Source: Verrucomicrobia subdivision 6 bacterium
Lineage (GTDB): Bacteria; Verrucomicrobiota; Verrucomicrobiia; Methylacidiphilales; Verrucolacustridaceae
Direction of reading: 5' to 3'
DNA: 62,417 nt
NCBI GenBank assembly: GCA_947442065.1
Contig: CANEUY010000001.1
Location: 1-62,417 of the forward strand
In this document: one piece after another, positions 9,265 through 19,979 of the stretch
Layout of the letters: each line of letters begins with the position of its first letter
How positions within the stretch are numbered: the stretch's first letter is position 1
Position numbers and translations under genes: made by a program
Notes under the pieces: generated by a model
What the model saw: the letters and a program-made list of their open reading frames with translations, nothing else
Database searches by the model: none
What the model was told of the DNA's origin: nothing

Positions 9265-11334
9265 ATGAACTTCCAACTTGAGTCCCCTTACCCCGCCGCC
9301 GGGGATCAACCCAAAGCCATTGCCGGCCTGCTGAAGCGGCTCCGGGAAGGCGAGAAACATAATGTGCTCCTCGGGGTGACCGGATCGGGAAAAACCTTCA
9401 CCATTGCCAATGTGATCCAGCAACTGGGGTTGCCGACCCTGGTGATGAGTCATAACAAAACCCTCGCCGCGCAGCTTTACAGCGAGTTGAAGGGCTTTTT
9501 TCCCCACAATGCGGTGGAATATTTCGTCAGCTATTTTGATTATTATCAACCCGAGGCCTATATCCCGCGGACCGACACGTATATTGAAAAAGACTCCTCC
9601 ATCAACGAGGAGATCGAACGGTTGCGGCTTTCCGCCACGACCAGTTTGCTTACCCGGAAAGACGTTATCGTGGTGGCGAGTGTCTCCTGCATCTATGGAC
9701 TGGGCTCTCCGGAGGATTATGAAAAAATGTTCCTCTTCCTTGAGCCGGGCATGACCCTTCCCCGGGATGAGTTGTTGGCCAAGCTAGTGGAGATCCAGTA
9801 CGAGAGAAATGATTTGGCTCCGGAGCGTGGACAGTTTCGCGTGCGGGGAGACGCGATCGAGGTTTTGTTGGCCCATGAAGATGCCGGGATCCGCATTGAG
9901 CTTTTGGGGGATAGGATTGACCGGCTCACCCGGTATGAGCCGGCTTCCGGTGAGGAAATCGGGAGACCCACACGGGAGATTCTGACCCCGGCCCGTCACT
10001 ATGTGACTCCTGAAGATAAAATGAAGAGGGCGGTTGTGGCCATTCGGAAGGAACTCACCGAACGGGTCGCCCAGTTTGAATCCACCGGAAAGCTGCTGGA
10101 GGCGCAGAGACTCAAAATGCGGACCGAATATGACTTGGACTTGATGGAGGAGATGGGGACCTGCAGCGGGATTGAAAATTATAGCCGTCATCTAAGCGGT
10201 CGGAATCCCGGAGAGAAACCTCATACCCTGATGGATTTCTTTCGGGATGAATATCTGGTGGTGATGGACGAGAGTCACGCCACGGTGCCCCAAGTCGGGG
10301 GAATGTATGCGGGGGATCGGAGCCGCAAGACGGTTCTGGTGGAGCATGGATTTCGCCTTCCTTCGGCACTTGATAACCGGCCTTTGAAAGGGGAAGAGTT
10401 TCAAAAAATGCTCCAAAAGGTGATCTATGTATCGGCCACACCGGCACCCTTTGAACTGGGCAAAGCCAAAGGCCAGGTGGTGGAGCAGGTTGTCCGGCCG
10501 ACGGGATTGCTGGATCCACCCGTCCGTGTTCGCCCCCTGAAGGGGCAGGTGGATGAGACGATCGCCCTTTGTCGCGAGAGAATCGCCCGGCAGGAAAGAG
10601 TTTTGGTGACGACGCTGACCCGGCGAACGGCCGAGGACCTTTCCGAATACCTCAAGGAGGCGGGGTTGAAGGCGAGGTATCTGCATGCCGAGGTGGATGC
10701 CATTGAGCGGGTCGAAATTCTGAGGGAACTCCGGTCGGGGGAGATTGATGTTCTGGTGGGTATCAATTTGTTGCGGGAAGGACTCGACCTTCCGGAAGTT
10801 TCCCTGGTCTGTATTCTGGATGCGGATAAAGAGGGATATCTTCGCTCCGAAACCTCCCTGATTCAGACGGCTGGTCGGGCGGCTCGGCACCTGAACGGGG
10901 AAGTGGTGCTTTTTGCGGATCGAATTACAAAATCGATGGCGGCGCTAATTCGGGAGACGGATCGCCGGAGGGAGAGGCAGGAGGCCTACAACCGGGAGCA
11001 CAATCTGGTTCCGCGTTCCGTGATTCGCGGGGTGCAGGAAAGTCTGCAGACGATTGTCCGCACGGCACGGGGGATTCATGAAAAGGTGGGGGGAGGTCAG
11101 GAATCAGCGGATGCCGGGGAGGTGTTGAAACAGTTGGAAGAAGAGATGTGGGAAGCCTCGGAAAAACTGGAGTATGAGCGCGCGGCACTTTTGCGGGACC
11201 AAATTGAAGACTGGAAACGAACGCACCAGTTGGGCGGTGGAGAGTCTCCCGCGAACAAAAGGGGGTCTGCTTCGATCAGATATTCCGGGGCCAAAAAAGT
11301 CAGCGCAAAGAGCAGACCGAATAGGTCGAAATAG
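9265..11334 (+). CDS. uvrB: Excinuclease ABC subunit B
   Basis: GDQPKAI, LLGVTGSGKTFT, YFVSYFDYYQPEAY, DESH, GINLLREGLDLPEV and a C-terminal UVR domain. Confidence 0.97.
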   Translation: MNFQLESPYPAAGDQPKAIAGLLKRLREGEKHNVLLGVTGSGKTFTIANVIQQLGLPTLVMSHNKTLAAQLYSELKGFFPHNAVEYFVSYFDYYQPEAYIPRTDTYIEKDSSINEEIERLRLSATTSLLTRKDVIVVASVSCIYGLGSPEDYEKMFLFLEPGMTLPRDELLAKLVEIQYERNDLAPERGQFRVRGDAIEVLLAHEDAGIRIELLGDRIDRLTRYEPASGEEIGRPTREILTPARHYVTPEDKMKRAVVAIRKELTERVAQFESTGKLLEAQRLKMRTEYDLDLMEEMGTCSGIENYSRHLSGRNPGEKPHTLMDFFRDEYLVVMDESHATVPQVGGMYAGDRSRKTVLVEHGFRLPSALDNRPLKGEEFQKMLQKVIYVSATPAPFELGKAKGQVVEQVVRPTGLLDPPVRVRPLKGQVDETIALCRERIARQERVLVTTLTRRTAEDLSEYLKEAGLKARYLHAEVDAIERVEILRELRSGEIDVLVGINLLREGLDLPEVSLVCILDADKEGYLRSETSLIQTAGRAARHLNGEVVLFADRITKSMAALIRETDRRRERQEAYNREHNLVPRSVIRGVQESLQTIVRTARGIHEKVGGGQESADAGEVLKQLEEEMWEASEKLEYERAALLRDQIEDWKRTHQLGGGESPANKRGSASIRYSGAKKVSAKSRPNRSK

Positions 11335-11794
11335 GGGCGAGTCGTTGGGCTCCCTTGGCTTCCGCCACTTCCAACAGGGTGACGATTTCAACGAGTTCCC
11401 CTCTGCTTTGACGAAGAAGAGTTGCGGCCGACGCGAGTTGGCTGCCACGGTGAAGGATGTCCGCCACAAGGAGGAGTCGGCATCCGGCGGGAATTTCATG
11501 AAGATCCAGAAGGGGACCGCGGCTGGAGGGCTGGATAACTCCCAGGCCGCACCCGGCAAAATAGGCGAGGGGAGCGGCAAGAGTCAGGGCGGATGAATCA
11601 TAGGCGATGACCATTTCAATCCGGCGCCGCTGGTAACGCTCATTGATGTCAGCGCAGGCAAAACGAAAGAGTTGCCCGTCGCGATAGATCCCGTCGGTGA
11701 TGTAGCTGGGCTCCCCGGCGTGGCGCGCACTTGCAATCGTTCGAATCGATCCGAGCAACCGGTCCCGGGTGCTGCGGAGGGCGGGGGATTTCAA
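11300..11794 (-). CDS. Divergent adenine phosphoribosyltransferase-fold protein, probably non-catalytic
   Basis: APRT-like layout (IEMVIAYDSSALTLAAPLAYFAG; G.RLLLVADILHRGSQLASAA.LL; VTLLEV). The PRPP motif is altered and the RKxGKLP loop is absent. Confidence 0.65.
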   Translation of the reverse strand: MKSPALRSTRDRLLGSIRTIASARHAGEPSYITDGIYRDGQLFRFACADINERYQRRRIEMVIAYDSSALTLAAPLAYFAGCGLGVIQPSSRGPLLDLHEIPAGCRLLLVADILHRGSQLASAATLLRQSRGELVEIVTLLEVAEAKGAQRLAPISTYSVCSLR

Positions 11795-12645
11795 TCTTCG
11801 TCGTCCAGGGAGGGGCGTTCCCCTCCTTGGGGCAGGGTTTCCAGCGCTTTCCGGAGTTTCTTCAGAGCCACATTCTGGATCTGGCGGATCCGTTCCCGGG
11901 TGACCTTGAATCTTTTTCCGATCTGTTCGAGCGTGGGAGGGGTTTCGTCGGAGAGGGGGAACCGCAGGGACAGAATCGCCCGCTCCCGTTCGTCGAGGAC
12001 ATGGAGGACGCTCCTGAGTTCTTTGAGGAGATTCCGGCTTTCCAGATCCCGGCCGGGCATGACTGCGGTTTCATCGGCGATGAGATCGCCGAGCTCGGCA
12101 TCCGCCTCATCTCCGACCATGGCATTCAGGGAAGTGGGGCGCATCGAAATACGCCGGAGCTGGGCCACCCGTTGGGCGGTGACGCCGATCTCTTTCGCCA
12201 ATTCCTCGTCCGTGGGTTCCCGGCCAAGTTCGTCGAAAAGTTGGACGGCGATACGGCGCATCTTGGCGAGTTTGTCGACCAAATGAACAGGGAGGCGGAT
12301 CGTCTTAGACTGATTGGCGAGGGCACGCCGTACGGCCTGTTTGATCCACCAAGCCCCGTAGGTGCTGAATTTTGTTCCGCGATTGGGGTCAAATCGCTCG
12401 ACCCCCTTCATCAGGCCGATGTTACCCTCGCTGATCAGATCGAGGAGCGGAAGACCCAGCCCGGCGTAGTCCTGTGCGATCTTGACCACCAAGCGGAGGT
12501 TTGCCCGGATCATCTGTTCCCGAGCCGCGCGATCGCCTTTCTTGATTCTTTTTCCCAGGCGTTGTTCATCCGCACGGGTCAGGAGAGGAATCTCTCCGAT
12601 TTCCTTCAGGTAGGCCCCCAAGGCACCATCACGAAAGTCGCCCAT
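11791..12645 (-). CDS. RNA polymerase sigma-70 factor (RpoD/RpoS-like, lacking region 1.1)
   Basis: YLKEIGEIPLLT, ANLRLVVKIA, DLISEGNIGLMKGVERFDP, KFSTYGAWWIKQ and region 4 TLEQIG...VTRERIRQIQ. 284 aa. Confidence 0.93.
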   Translation of the reverse strand: MGDFRDGALGAYLKEIGEIPLLTRADEQRLGKRIKKGDRAAREQMIRANLRLVVKIAQDYAGLGLPLLDLISEGNIGLMKGVERFDPNRGTKFSTYGAWWIKQAVRRALANQSKTIRLPVHLVDKLAKMRRIAVQLFDELGREPTDEELAKEIGVTAQRVAQLRRISMRPTSLNAMVGDEADAELGDLIADETAVMPGRDLESRNLLKELRSVLHVLDERERAILSLRFPLSDETPPTLEQIGKRFKVTRERIRQIQNVALKKLRKALETLPQGGERPSLDDED

Positions 12646-12681
12646 AAAGGAACAATGGGCGGATTTGGAGAAAAGGGGAAG

Positions 12682-15435
12682 CTACTCTTTAAGTGCGGCC
12701 TGGGCGGCGGCCAAGCGGGCCACCGGGAGGCGGAAAGGGGAGCAGGAGACGTAGGCCAACCCGAGTCGGTGGCAGAATTTCACGGAATCAGGTTCGCCTC
12801 CGTGTTCGCCGCAGATTCCCAACTTGATGTCCTTGCGGGTCGAGCGGCCGAGCTTCACGGCGGTTTCCATTAATTTACCAACACCGCCCTGGTCGAGCAC
12901 GGCAAAGGGATTTTGCCGGACAATTTCTTCCTCCTGGTACCGGGGGAGGAACGATCCCGCATCGTCCCGACTCATCCCCAAAGTGGTCTGGGTCAGATCG
13001 TTGGTGCCGAAGCTGAAGAATTGCGCGGATTTGGCGATTTCATCCGCCACGACGCAGGCACGGGGGATTTCGATCATGGTACCAACCAGATAGGAGAGCT
13101 TCACATTACGCTCCTTTTGGACCTGATGGGCGACCTGGTGGACGAGGGCGATTTGGAGTTCGAGCTCCTTAGGAAAACCGACCAAGGGGATCATGATTTC
13201 CGGGCGGACTTTGATTCCGGAGGCCTGAACTTCGGCTGCGGCTTCAAAGACGGCCCTGGCCTGCATTTCAGAGATTTCCGGGTAGACAATCCCCAAGCGG
13301 CAACCGCGGTGGCCGAGCATCGGGTTGAATTCGTGAAGTTCTTTCACGCGGCGGGCGACGCGGTCGGCGGAGATTCCGAGTTTTTCGGCCAGATCCCTCT
13401 GCGAGGCCTCATCGTGGGGGATGAACTCATGGAGGGGTGGGTCGAGGAAGCGGATGGTGGCAGGGAGGCCTTTTAGGGCCTTGAAAATTCCTGCAAAATC
13501 AGAGCGCTGGGCGGGTAGAAGTTTGGCCAAGGCTTTGCCCCGTTCATCCGCATTTTCCGCCAGAATCATTTCGCGGACATGGTCAATACGGTCTCCCTCA
13601 AAGAACATGTGTTCGGTACGGCAGAGTCCTACGCCCTGCGCTCCGAAGGCGACTGCGTGGCCCACTTGGTCCGGTTGGTCGGCGTTCGCGCGAACTTCCA
13701 GTTTCCGACGTTGATCCGCCCATTGCATTAGTTGGGCGAAGACGCGGTAGATGGGGCTTTCGGCTGGGGTCAGATCTTTGTCGATGAGGACACGGACAAT
13801 ATCGGAGGGCGAGGTTTTCACCTCCCCGGGGAAGATTTCCCCCGTGGTGCCGTCAATCGAGAGGTAATCTCCCTTGCGGAAGTTTTGTCCACGGACATGC
13901 ATAGAGTTCGTGGAGTAGTCGATCTGGAGCTCGGAAGCGCCACAGACGCAGACTTTGCCCATTTGCCGCGCCACCAAGGCGGCGTGCGACGAAACCCCGC
14001 CCCGTGCAGTCAGGATTCCTTCGGCAGCAAGCATGCCCCGGATGTCTTCCGGGCTGGTTTCGATGCGTACCAGAAGAACCTTTTCCCCTTTTTGGGCGGC
14101 CGATTCGGCCTCGTTTGCGGAGAAATAGATCTTTCCGGACGCGGCGCCTGGGCCTGCAGGGAGACCGCGGGCGATGACCTGCGTTGTTTTTCGCGCATTG
14201 GAGTCAAAGACGGGGGCAAGGAGCTGGCTGAGGGAATCGGCCGGAATGCGACGAACCGCATCGTCGGGCTTGATCAGTTTTTCCTTCACCATTTCCACGG
14301 CAATGCGGACGGCGGCGAAACCGGTGCGTTTCCCGTTCCGGGTCTGCAACATGAAAAGGCGCCCCTGTTCAACGGTGAACTCAAAATCCTGCATGTCATG
14401 AAAGTGGCTTTCGAGCGTATGACGGACATCCTGCAACTGCCGGTACACTTCGGGCATTTCCACCTTGAGTTGGAGGACGGGTTCGGGCGTACGAACTCCA
14501 GCCACCACATCTTCTCCCTGTGCATTCAGCAGGAATTCACCGTAAAGGACCTTTTCTCCCGTGGCAGGATCGCGGGTGAAGGATACTCCTGATCCGCTGT
14601 CGTTCCCTGTGTTGCCGAAAACCATCGCCTGAACATTGACGGCAGTGCCCCATTCATGGGGGATATTGTATTTGCGGCGGTAAATGATGGCCCGTTCATT
14701 GTTCCAGGAACCAAAGACGGCACCCACAGCACCCCGGAGTTGCTCCCTTGGATCTTCGGGAAAATCCTTTCCGGTGCGCTCCCGGATCAGCTTGCGGAAA
14801 CGATCGGTCAGGGTGCGGAGAGCGGGGGCATCGAGTTTGGTATCGGAAACATGCGGGTCCTTGGGGAACAGTTCTTTTTTAAGTTCTTCGATGACGACCT
14901 CAAAAGGTTCGTGGTCTTCGCCGGGGCGTTTCTGTACCCCCATTACGACATCCCCGTACATTTGCAGAAACCGGCGGTAGCAGTCGTAAGCGAAGCGTTC
15001 ATTGCGGCTGCGTTCCGCCAAGGCCCGGACCGTGCGGTCATTCAGTCCGAGATTAAGGATGGTGTCCATCATCCCAGGCATCGAATCCCGGGCGCCCGAA
15101 CGAACGGCGACTAGGAGAGGATTGGTGGCGTCCCCGAATTTCTTCCCCATCGATGATTCCAGCTTGCGAATCGCCTCGTCGATCTGTTTTTCGAGGGCGG
15201 GGGGGTAGGTGCGGTTATGGTCGTAGAAATACGTACAGACTTCGGTGCTGATCGTGAATCCCGGGGGAACAGGGAGACGGATCCGGGTCATTTCGGCTAA
15301 ATTGGCACCCTTGCCGCCCAGAAGGGACTTCATCTTGCCGTTGCCGTCCGCTTTTCCGTTCCCGAAGGAATAGACGTATTTTACGGATTTCGGGGAGGGT
15401 TTTTTCGCTTTGGAGCTCTTGGATTTGGTCGGCAT
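12682..15435 (-). CDS. ppdK: Pyruvate, phosphate dikinase
   Basis: [41 protein letters not shown] (catalytic His), [10 protein letters not shown] and GICGEHGG. Confidence 0.97.
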   Translation of the reverse strand: MPTKSKSSKAKKPSPKSVKYVYSFGNGKADGNGKMKSLLGGKGANLAEMTRIRLPVPPGFTISTEVCTYFYDHNRTYPPALEKQIDEAIRKLESSMGKKFGDATNPLLVAVRSGARDSMPGMMDTILNLGLNDRTVRALAERSRNERFAYDCYRRFLQMYGDVVMGVQKRPGEDHEPFEVVIEELKKELFPKDPHVSDTKLDAPALRTLTDRFRKLIRERTGKDFPEDPREQLRGAVGAVFGSWNNERAIIYRRKYNIPHEWGTAVNVQAMVFGNTGNDSGSGVSFTRDPATGEKVLYGEFLLNAQGEDVVAGVRTPEPVLQLKVEMPEVYRQLQDVRHTLESHFHDMQDFEFTVEQGRLFMLQTRNGKRTGFAAVRIAVEMVKEKLIKPDDAVRRIPADSLSQLLAPVFDSNARKTTQVIARGLPAGPGAASGKIYFSANEAESAAQKGEKVLLVRIETSPEDIRGMLAAEGILTARGGVSSHAALVARQMGKVCVCGASELQIDYSTNSMHVRGQNFRKGDYLSIDGTTGEIFPGEVKTSPSDIVRVLIDKDLTPAESPIYRVFAQLMQWADQRRKLEVRANADQPDQVGHAVAFGAQGVGLCRTEHMFFEGDRIDHVREMILAENADERGKALAKLLPAQRSDFAGIFKALKGLPATIRFLDPPLHEFIPHDEASQRDLAEKLGISADRVARRVKELHEFNPMLGHRGCRLGIVYPEISEMQARAVFEAAAEVQASGIKVRPEIMIPLVGFPKELELQIALVHQVAHQVQKERNVKLSYLVGTMIEIPRACVVADEIAKSAQFFSFGTNDLTQTTLGMSRDDAGSFLPRYQEEEIVRQNPFAVLDQGGVGKLMETAVKLGRSTRKDIKLGICGEHGGEPDSVKFCHRLGLAYVSCSPFRLPVARLAAAQAALKE

Positions 15436-15490
15436 AAATAAAAGGGGAGTCTTTCGGAATGCCAGCCTAGGGGAGTTTTGACAAGCCTGA

Positions 15491-16258
15491 TCAGGCTTGT
15501 TGTTCAGAGAGCGGGCGGGCCGGCGGGCGGGATTTCCAGGACGATTCTTGGAAGGCGAAGACCTTTTGCAGTCCCTGTCCGGCCAAAGTCAGGAGGGATT
15601 GGAAATCTTCGTGACTAAAATCATGCTCTTCTCCTCCGGCCTGGACCTCGACGAGCCGTCCGGCTCCGGTCATGACCACGTTCATGTCGACTTGGGCGTC
15701 ACGGTCTTCCGGGTAATCCAGATCGAGGATCGGCTGGTGTTCGAGCAAACCGACGCTGATGGCGGCGACCGGGGTGCGGAGCGGATCCGCGGTCATTTTC
15801 CCGGAAAGTTGCAGGCGTTCGATGGCACGGCGCAGGGCAAGGCAGGCGCCCGTGATGGCGGTGGTGCGGGTGCCGCCATCAGCAGAAAGCACATCGCAAT
15901 CGATCCAAATGCTGCGCGGCCCAAGAGCGGTGAGATCGGTGACGGCCCGGAGGCTCCGTCCCAAAAGTCTTTGGATTTCCGTTGAACGTCCGTCGACTTT
16001 ACCCCGGGAGGAATCCCTGGGCTTCCGGCTCGAGGTCGAGGCGGGGAGCATGGAGTACTCGGCCGTGAGCCATCCTCCGGGGACATTTTGCTCCTTCATC
16101 CACCGGGGGACGATTTCATCCACACTGGCGGTGCAGATCACCTGGGTTTTTCCGCACTTCAGCAAGACGGAGCCCACGGCCTGGGGCGCGATATCCCATG
16201 TGCAGGCGAGGGGGCGTAGATCCGAAGGGGATCGACCGTCGGCGCGTGGTTGGCTCAT
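15491..16258 (-). CDS. rph: Ribonuclease PH
   Basis: [26 protein letters not shown] and [21 protein letters not shown] 16258 overlaps the folD stop (ATGA), so the ORF-track start is too long. Confidence 0.95.
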   Translation of the reverse strand: MSQPRADGRSPSDLRPLACTWDIAPQAVGSVLLKCGKTQVICTASVDEIVPRWMKEQNVPGGWLTAEYSMLPASTSSRKPRDSSRGKVDGRSTEIQRLLGRSLRAVTDLTALGPRSIWIDCDVLSADGGTRTTAITGACLALRRAIERLQLSGKMTADPLRTPVAAISVGLLEHQPILDLDYPEDRDAQVDMNVVMTGAGRLVEVQAGGEEHDFSHEDFQSLLTLAGQGLQKVFAFQESSWKSRPPARPLSEQQA

Positions 16259-17139
16259 CGGATAGCATCCTCGGCGGCCCGGAGGGTATTGGAAAGAAGA
16301 AGTGCGATGGTCATGGGGCCGACTCCCCCCGGATTCGGAGTGATTGCTCCGGCGATGGATTGGACGGAGGGGAAGTCCACATCTCCCACGAGGCGATAGC
16401 CACGGGGATTGGTGCTGTCGGAAATCCGGTTTACCCCGACATCGATGACCGTCGCGCCCGGCTTCACATGTTCTTTCGTAAGGAAAAGGGGGCGGCCCAG
16501 AGCACCGATCAGGATATCGGCCTGTTTTGTGATGGAGGGGAGATCCGGCGTGCTGGAGTGGGCCAGTGTGACCGTGCAATCGGCCCCCGGGGATTTTCGG
16601 GCGAGCAAAACGGCGAGGGGACGACCCACGATCTGTCCGCGCCCCACCACAACGGCATGTTTGCCCCGGGTGTTAATCCCGCCGAGACGAAGGATTTCCA
16701 GGATGCCGGCGGGAGTGCAAGGGAGAAAACCGGATTCGTCCCCCAAAAGGAGTTTGCCGAAGTTGACGGGGTGGAATCCGTCGACGTCCTTGCTGGGAAG
16801 AACCCGGGAATAGACGACGTCGTTGGGGAGTGGTGAAGGAAGGGGGGATTGGATCAGGATGCCATGGACTTTGGGATCGGCATTGAGGAGATCGATTTCC
16901 TTGAGGAGAACGGGAAGCGAGGTTGATTCAGGCATGACGAGGGTCCGACTGGAAATACCCGCTTCCTTCGCACGGGTTTCCTTTCGGGAGACATAAGCCC
17001 GGGAGGCAGGATCTTCTCCCACCCGGATGAAAACAAGACCTGGGATGATTCCCTTCCGGGTCAGGGCGGTGGCCCTTGCGGCGGCTTCGCGGTGGATTTG
17101 GGCGGCAAAGGATTCTCCGTCGAGGATGCGGGCAGACAT
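16255..17139 (-). CDS. folD: Methylenetetrahydrofolate dehydrogenase/cyclohydrolase
   Basis: VGEDPASRAYV, KDVDGFHPVN, PCTPAGI, VIDVGVNR and PGGVGPMTI. Confidence 0.96.
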   Translation of the reverse strand: MSARILDGESFAAQIHREAAARATALTRKGIIPGLVFIRVGEDPASRAYVSRKETRAKEAGISSRTLVMPESTSLPVLLKEIDLLNADPKVHGILIQSPLPSPLPNDVVYSRVLPSKDVDGFHPVNFGKLLLGDESGFLPCTPAGILEILRLGGINTRGKHAVVVGRGQIVGRPLAVLLARKSPGADCTVTLAHSSTPDLPSITKQADILIGALGRPLFLTKEHVKPGATVIDVGVNRISDSTNPRGYRLVGDVDFPSVQSIAGAITPNPGGVGPMTIALLLSNTLRAAEDAIR

Positions 17140-17178
17140 GGGACAACAATGCAACGAATGGGGAAAAAGTGGAAGAAT

Positions 17179-18072
17179 TCAGTTTTTTTCGAGCATTCGA
17201 CTTAACCCTTTGATCAACGGAAAGGAGGGACGCCATCCGGTCGCCTGTAGTCGTGCGATCGAAGCGGATGAAAAACGAACATCGGCTGGGCGGGCCGGAA
17301 GGTGTTCCATTGGCGACCGGGACCGGGTGACAGTGAGAATTGTTTGGGCGAGTTGCAGGATCGAGGTGGATTCACCCGAGGCGACGTTATAGATCCCGTT
17401 CATATCCGGGTGGAGGGCGGCTTGCCGGAGGGCGGAAACCACATCCTCCACAAAAACGAAGTCCCGGGTTTGTTGGCCGTCTCCATGGATGGGGAGGGGC
17501 AAGCCGGCGAGGGCAGCTTCCAAAAGTTTTGGGACCGCGGCCGCGTACGGACCTTGAGGATCCTGACGGGGTCCGTACACATTGAAAAAGCGGAGAGAGA
17601 CGGCGGGGATCCGGGCAGAAGCGCAGAGTTTTTCGGCGGCTAGTTTGGATTCTGCGTAGGGGCTAGCCGGGGCGGATGGGAGAGACTCGTTTTTGGGCAT
17701 GGATGGCTCATTGCCATAGATGGCACAGGAACTGGCAAGAACAACGCGCTTCACGCCGGCGCGACCCGCTGCCTCGAGAACCTGTCGGGTCCCCTCGACA
17801 TTGGTCTCGTGGCAACGGGCAGGATGGGCGACCGATTCGGGAACGCTGACCATAGCGGCCAGGTGAAAGACGTGTGTCATTCCGGTGAGCGCCTCATCGA
17901 GAAGGCGGGAATCGAGGACGGATCCCTTGAGCAAACGGCAGGTGGATCCCTTAAGGTTGACTTCCCGCCCTGAGGACAGGTTGTCCAAGATGGTGACCTT
18001 TCCCTGGGACTCCAGATGGCGGGCGAGGTGGCTGCCAATGAAGCCGGCGCCTCCTGTGATTAGAAATTGCAT
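17179..18072 (-). CDS. NAD-dependent epimerase/dehydratase (UDP-glucose 4-epimerase-like)
   Basis: TGGAGFIGSH, YAESK (YxxxK), FNVYGPRQ and GDGQQTRDFV. Confidence 0.88.
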   Translation of the reverse strand: MQFLITGGAGFIGSHLARHLESQGKVTILDNLSSGREVNLKGSTCRLLKGSVLDSRLLDEALTGMTHVFHLAAMVSVPESVAHPARCHETNVEGTRQVLEAAGRAGVKRVVLASSCAIYGNEPSMPKNESLPSAPASPYAESKLAAEKLCASARIPAVSLRFFNVYGPRQDPQGPYAAAVPKLLEAALAGLPLPIHGDGQQTRDFVFVEDVVSALRQAALHPDMNGIYNVASGESTSILQLAQTILTVTRSRSPMEHLPARPADVRFSSASIARLQATGWRPSFPLIKGLSRMLEKN

Positions 18073-18153
18073 ATATCCCAAAGTTCGCTGATGAAACGGG
18101 CTTTGAAAAGATTGCTAATTTGAATTGAGATATGGGGTATTATCTGAAAGGAT

Positions 18154-18942
18154 TTGCCTGTGAAACGTTTCTTTTGGCCCGTTCTGCTTTTTTCAGTTTT
18201 GGGCTTGTTTTCCTGCGGGAAAAAGCAGGAAGAGAAGGCAGGGACATCTGCTCCCGGACAGTCCTCGGAAAGTCTGCCTGAGGATACGGAGGAGCGTTAC
18301 AAGGTTGTCTATGTCAAGGCAGCCCAGGCCTTTTCGAGAAACAATCTGGACGAAGCCCTGAAGTATCTCGAACTGGCGGACCAGGCAAAACCCAATCAGG
18401 CCAGCAATGCCAATCTGCGCGGGGCGATTTACACCCGGAAAAGGGATTGGGCCAATGCGGAATCGTCTTTTCGCAGCGCCTTGCAATTGCAACCGGATTT
18501 GCCGATGGCCCAATTCAATCTTGGGGAGGTCCTTTTTCTGAACAACAAGTATGGCGAGGCGCGGGAGAAATTTCAGATTTTCCTCAACAGCCAGCCAAAG
18601 AACGACCTAGGAATTTATAAAATTTATCTCTGCGACCTTTTGGGGGGCAACAAGGCCAAGACCGATGATTTTCTTTCCAACTTAGAACCCAGCCCCAACA
18701 GCCCCCTTTATTATTTCGCCAAGGCTGCTGAGGCGTTTCATCGGGGTGATAAACCGGTCGGCATGGAATTTGTAGCTTCGGCGTATCGGATTTATCCAGG
18801 GGATGCCAACTCCACCTTTGCGGATTCGCTAGTGGAAAAGGGGTACCTGTCCGGCGAGCAGAACGTGACTCCCGTTGAGGAAAACAAGAAGCCCAAAATT
18901 GAGGAATTGAAGAGTCTCTTGCCGGAGACCCAAAAGAATTAA
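18154..18942 (+). CDS. TPR-repeat lipoprotein
   Basis: Lipobox LFSC followed by TPR-like helices (AQFNLGEVLFLNNKYGEA). Confidence 0.75.
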   Translation: MPVKRFFWPVLLFSVLGLFSCGKKQEEKAGTSAPGQSSESLPEDTEERYKVVYVKAAQAFSRNNLDEALKYLELADQAKPNQASNANLRGAIYTRKRDWANAESSFRSALQLQPDLPMAQFNLGEVLFLNNKYGEAREKFQIFLNSQPKNDLGIYKIYLCDLLGGNKAKTDDFLSNLEPSPNSPLYYFAKAAEAFHRGDKPVGMEFVASAYRIYPGDANSTFADSLVEKGYLSGEQNVTPVEENKKPKIEELKSLLPETQKN

Positions 18943-19976
18943 AATTCCAGAGGGGGATCTTTTTGTTCCCCTTTGTGCCTCGATTGGATTTGTCTGACAG
19001 CCCAGGCTGCGTGTTCCCTGACGACAGAATCCGCATCGACACAACTTCTTTCCAGAGCAGGTAAATCCTTTTGCGTTCCGATATTTCCAAGAACGACGCA
19101 GAGATTGCGTAGCCACCTTCCACGCTTGAGCCGGAAAATAGGGGTTCCACGAAACTGCCTGCGAAACGTGGCATCATCCCAACCCAGCATTTCCGTTAAA
19201 TCGGGTCGAGCAATGGTCTGGAAATTCATTTCCCGGGATTGCTGGGCATGCCGGTTCCACGGGCAGGCCTCCAGGCATTCATCACAACCGAAAAGACGAT
19301 CTCCCATCAGGGGGCGGAACTCTTCAGGAATGGAGCCCGGGTGTTCGATGCTGAGATAGGCGAGGCAACGTCGAGCGTCCAAGACATAGGGTTGGGGAAA
19401 AGCGCGGGTTGGGCAGGCGTCCAGGCAACGTGTGCAGGATCCACAGTGATCCGACGAGGGTGGGGTTGGCGGAAGGATCAAATCGGTGAGAATGCCTCCG
19501 AGCATGAGCCAAGGACCGTGCTCCGTGTGGATCAAAAGAGTGTTTTTTCCCTGCCATCCCAATCCGGCCATTGCAGCAATCGGTTTTTCCATCAGCGGGG
19601 AGGAGTCGACGCAGATGCGGTACCGACCGCCCCATGGGACGATGGTTTCCTCGGCGAATTGGATTAATTTTTCCCGGAGAATTTCATGATAATCCAGGCC
19701 CTGGGCATAGGCGGCGATTCGGCCACGACGAGGGGCAGGGCTGATTTGTCGACTGGAAACTCCTGCCATGATGATGCTTTGGGCTTGAGGATCGTATTGG
19801 CGCGGATCCGATCGCTGCTGGGGGTTTTTGGCCATCCAGTTCATCTCTCCCTGATACGAAAGGGAAAGCCACTCCTGGAGATGTTCCGCTCCGGCAGGGA
19901 TCTTTGCGGGGGCGATTCCCAAGGCATCAAAACCCAAGCGGCGGGCCGATTTCCGCAATGCGGCGCTTTGGTCCAT
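18939..19976 (-). CDS. queG: tRNA epoxyqueuosine reductase
   Basis: YQGEMNWM, YAQGLDYH, GLGWQGKN, CGSCTRCLDACPT and FGCDECLEACPWN. Confidence 0.93.
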   Translation of the reverse strand: MDQSAALRKSARRLGFDALGIAPAKIPAGAEHLQEWLSLSYQGEMNWMAKNPQQRSDPRQYDPQAQSIIMAGVSSRQISPAPRRGRIAAYAQGLDYHEILREKLIQFAEETIVPWGGRYRICVDSSPLMEKPIAAMAGLGWQGKNTLLIHTEHGPWLMLGGILTDLILPPTPPSSDHCGSCTRCLDACPTRAFPQPYVLDARRCLAYLSIEHPGSIPEEFRPLMGDRLFGCDECLEACPWNRHAQQSREMNFQTIARPDLTEMLGWDDATFRRQFRGTPIFRLKRGRWLRNLCVVLGNIGTQKDLPALERSCVDADSVVREHAAWAVRQIQSRHKGEQKDPPLEF

Positions 19977-19979
19977 CAA

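Noticed and set aside
11731-12873. 380-aa + strand ORF
   Set aside because: Antisense shadow of the sigma factor gene with no motifs of its own.
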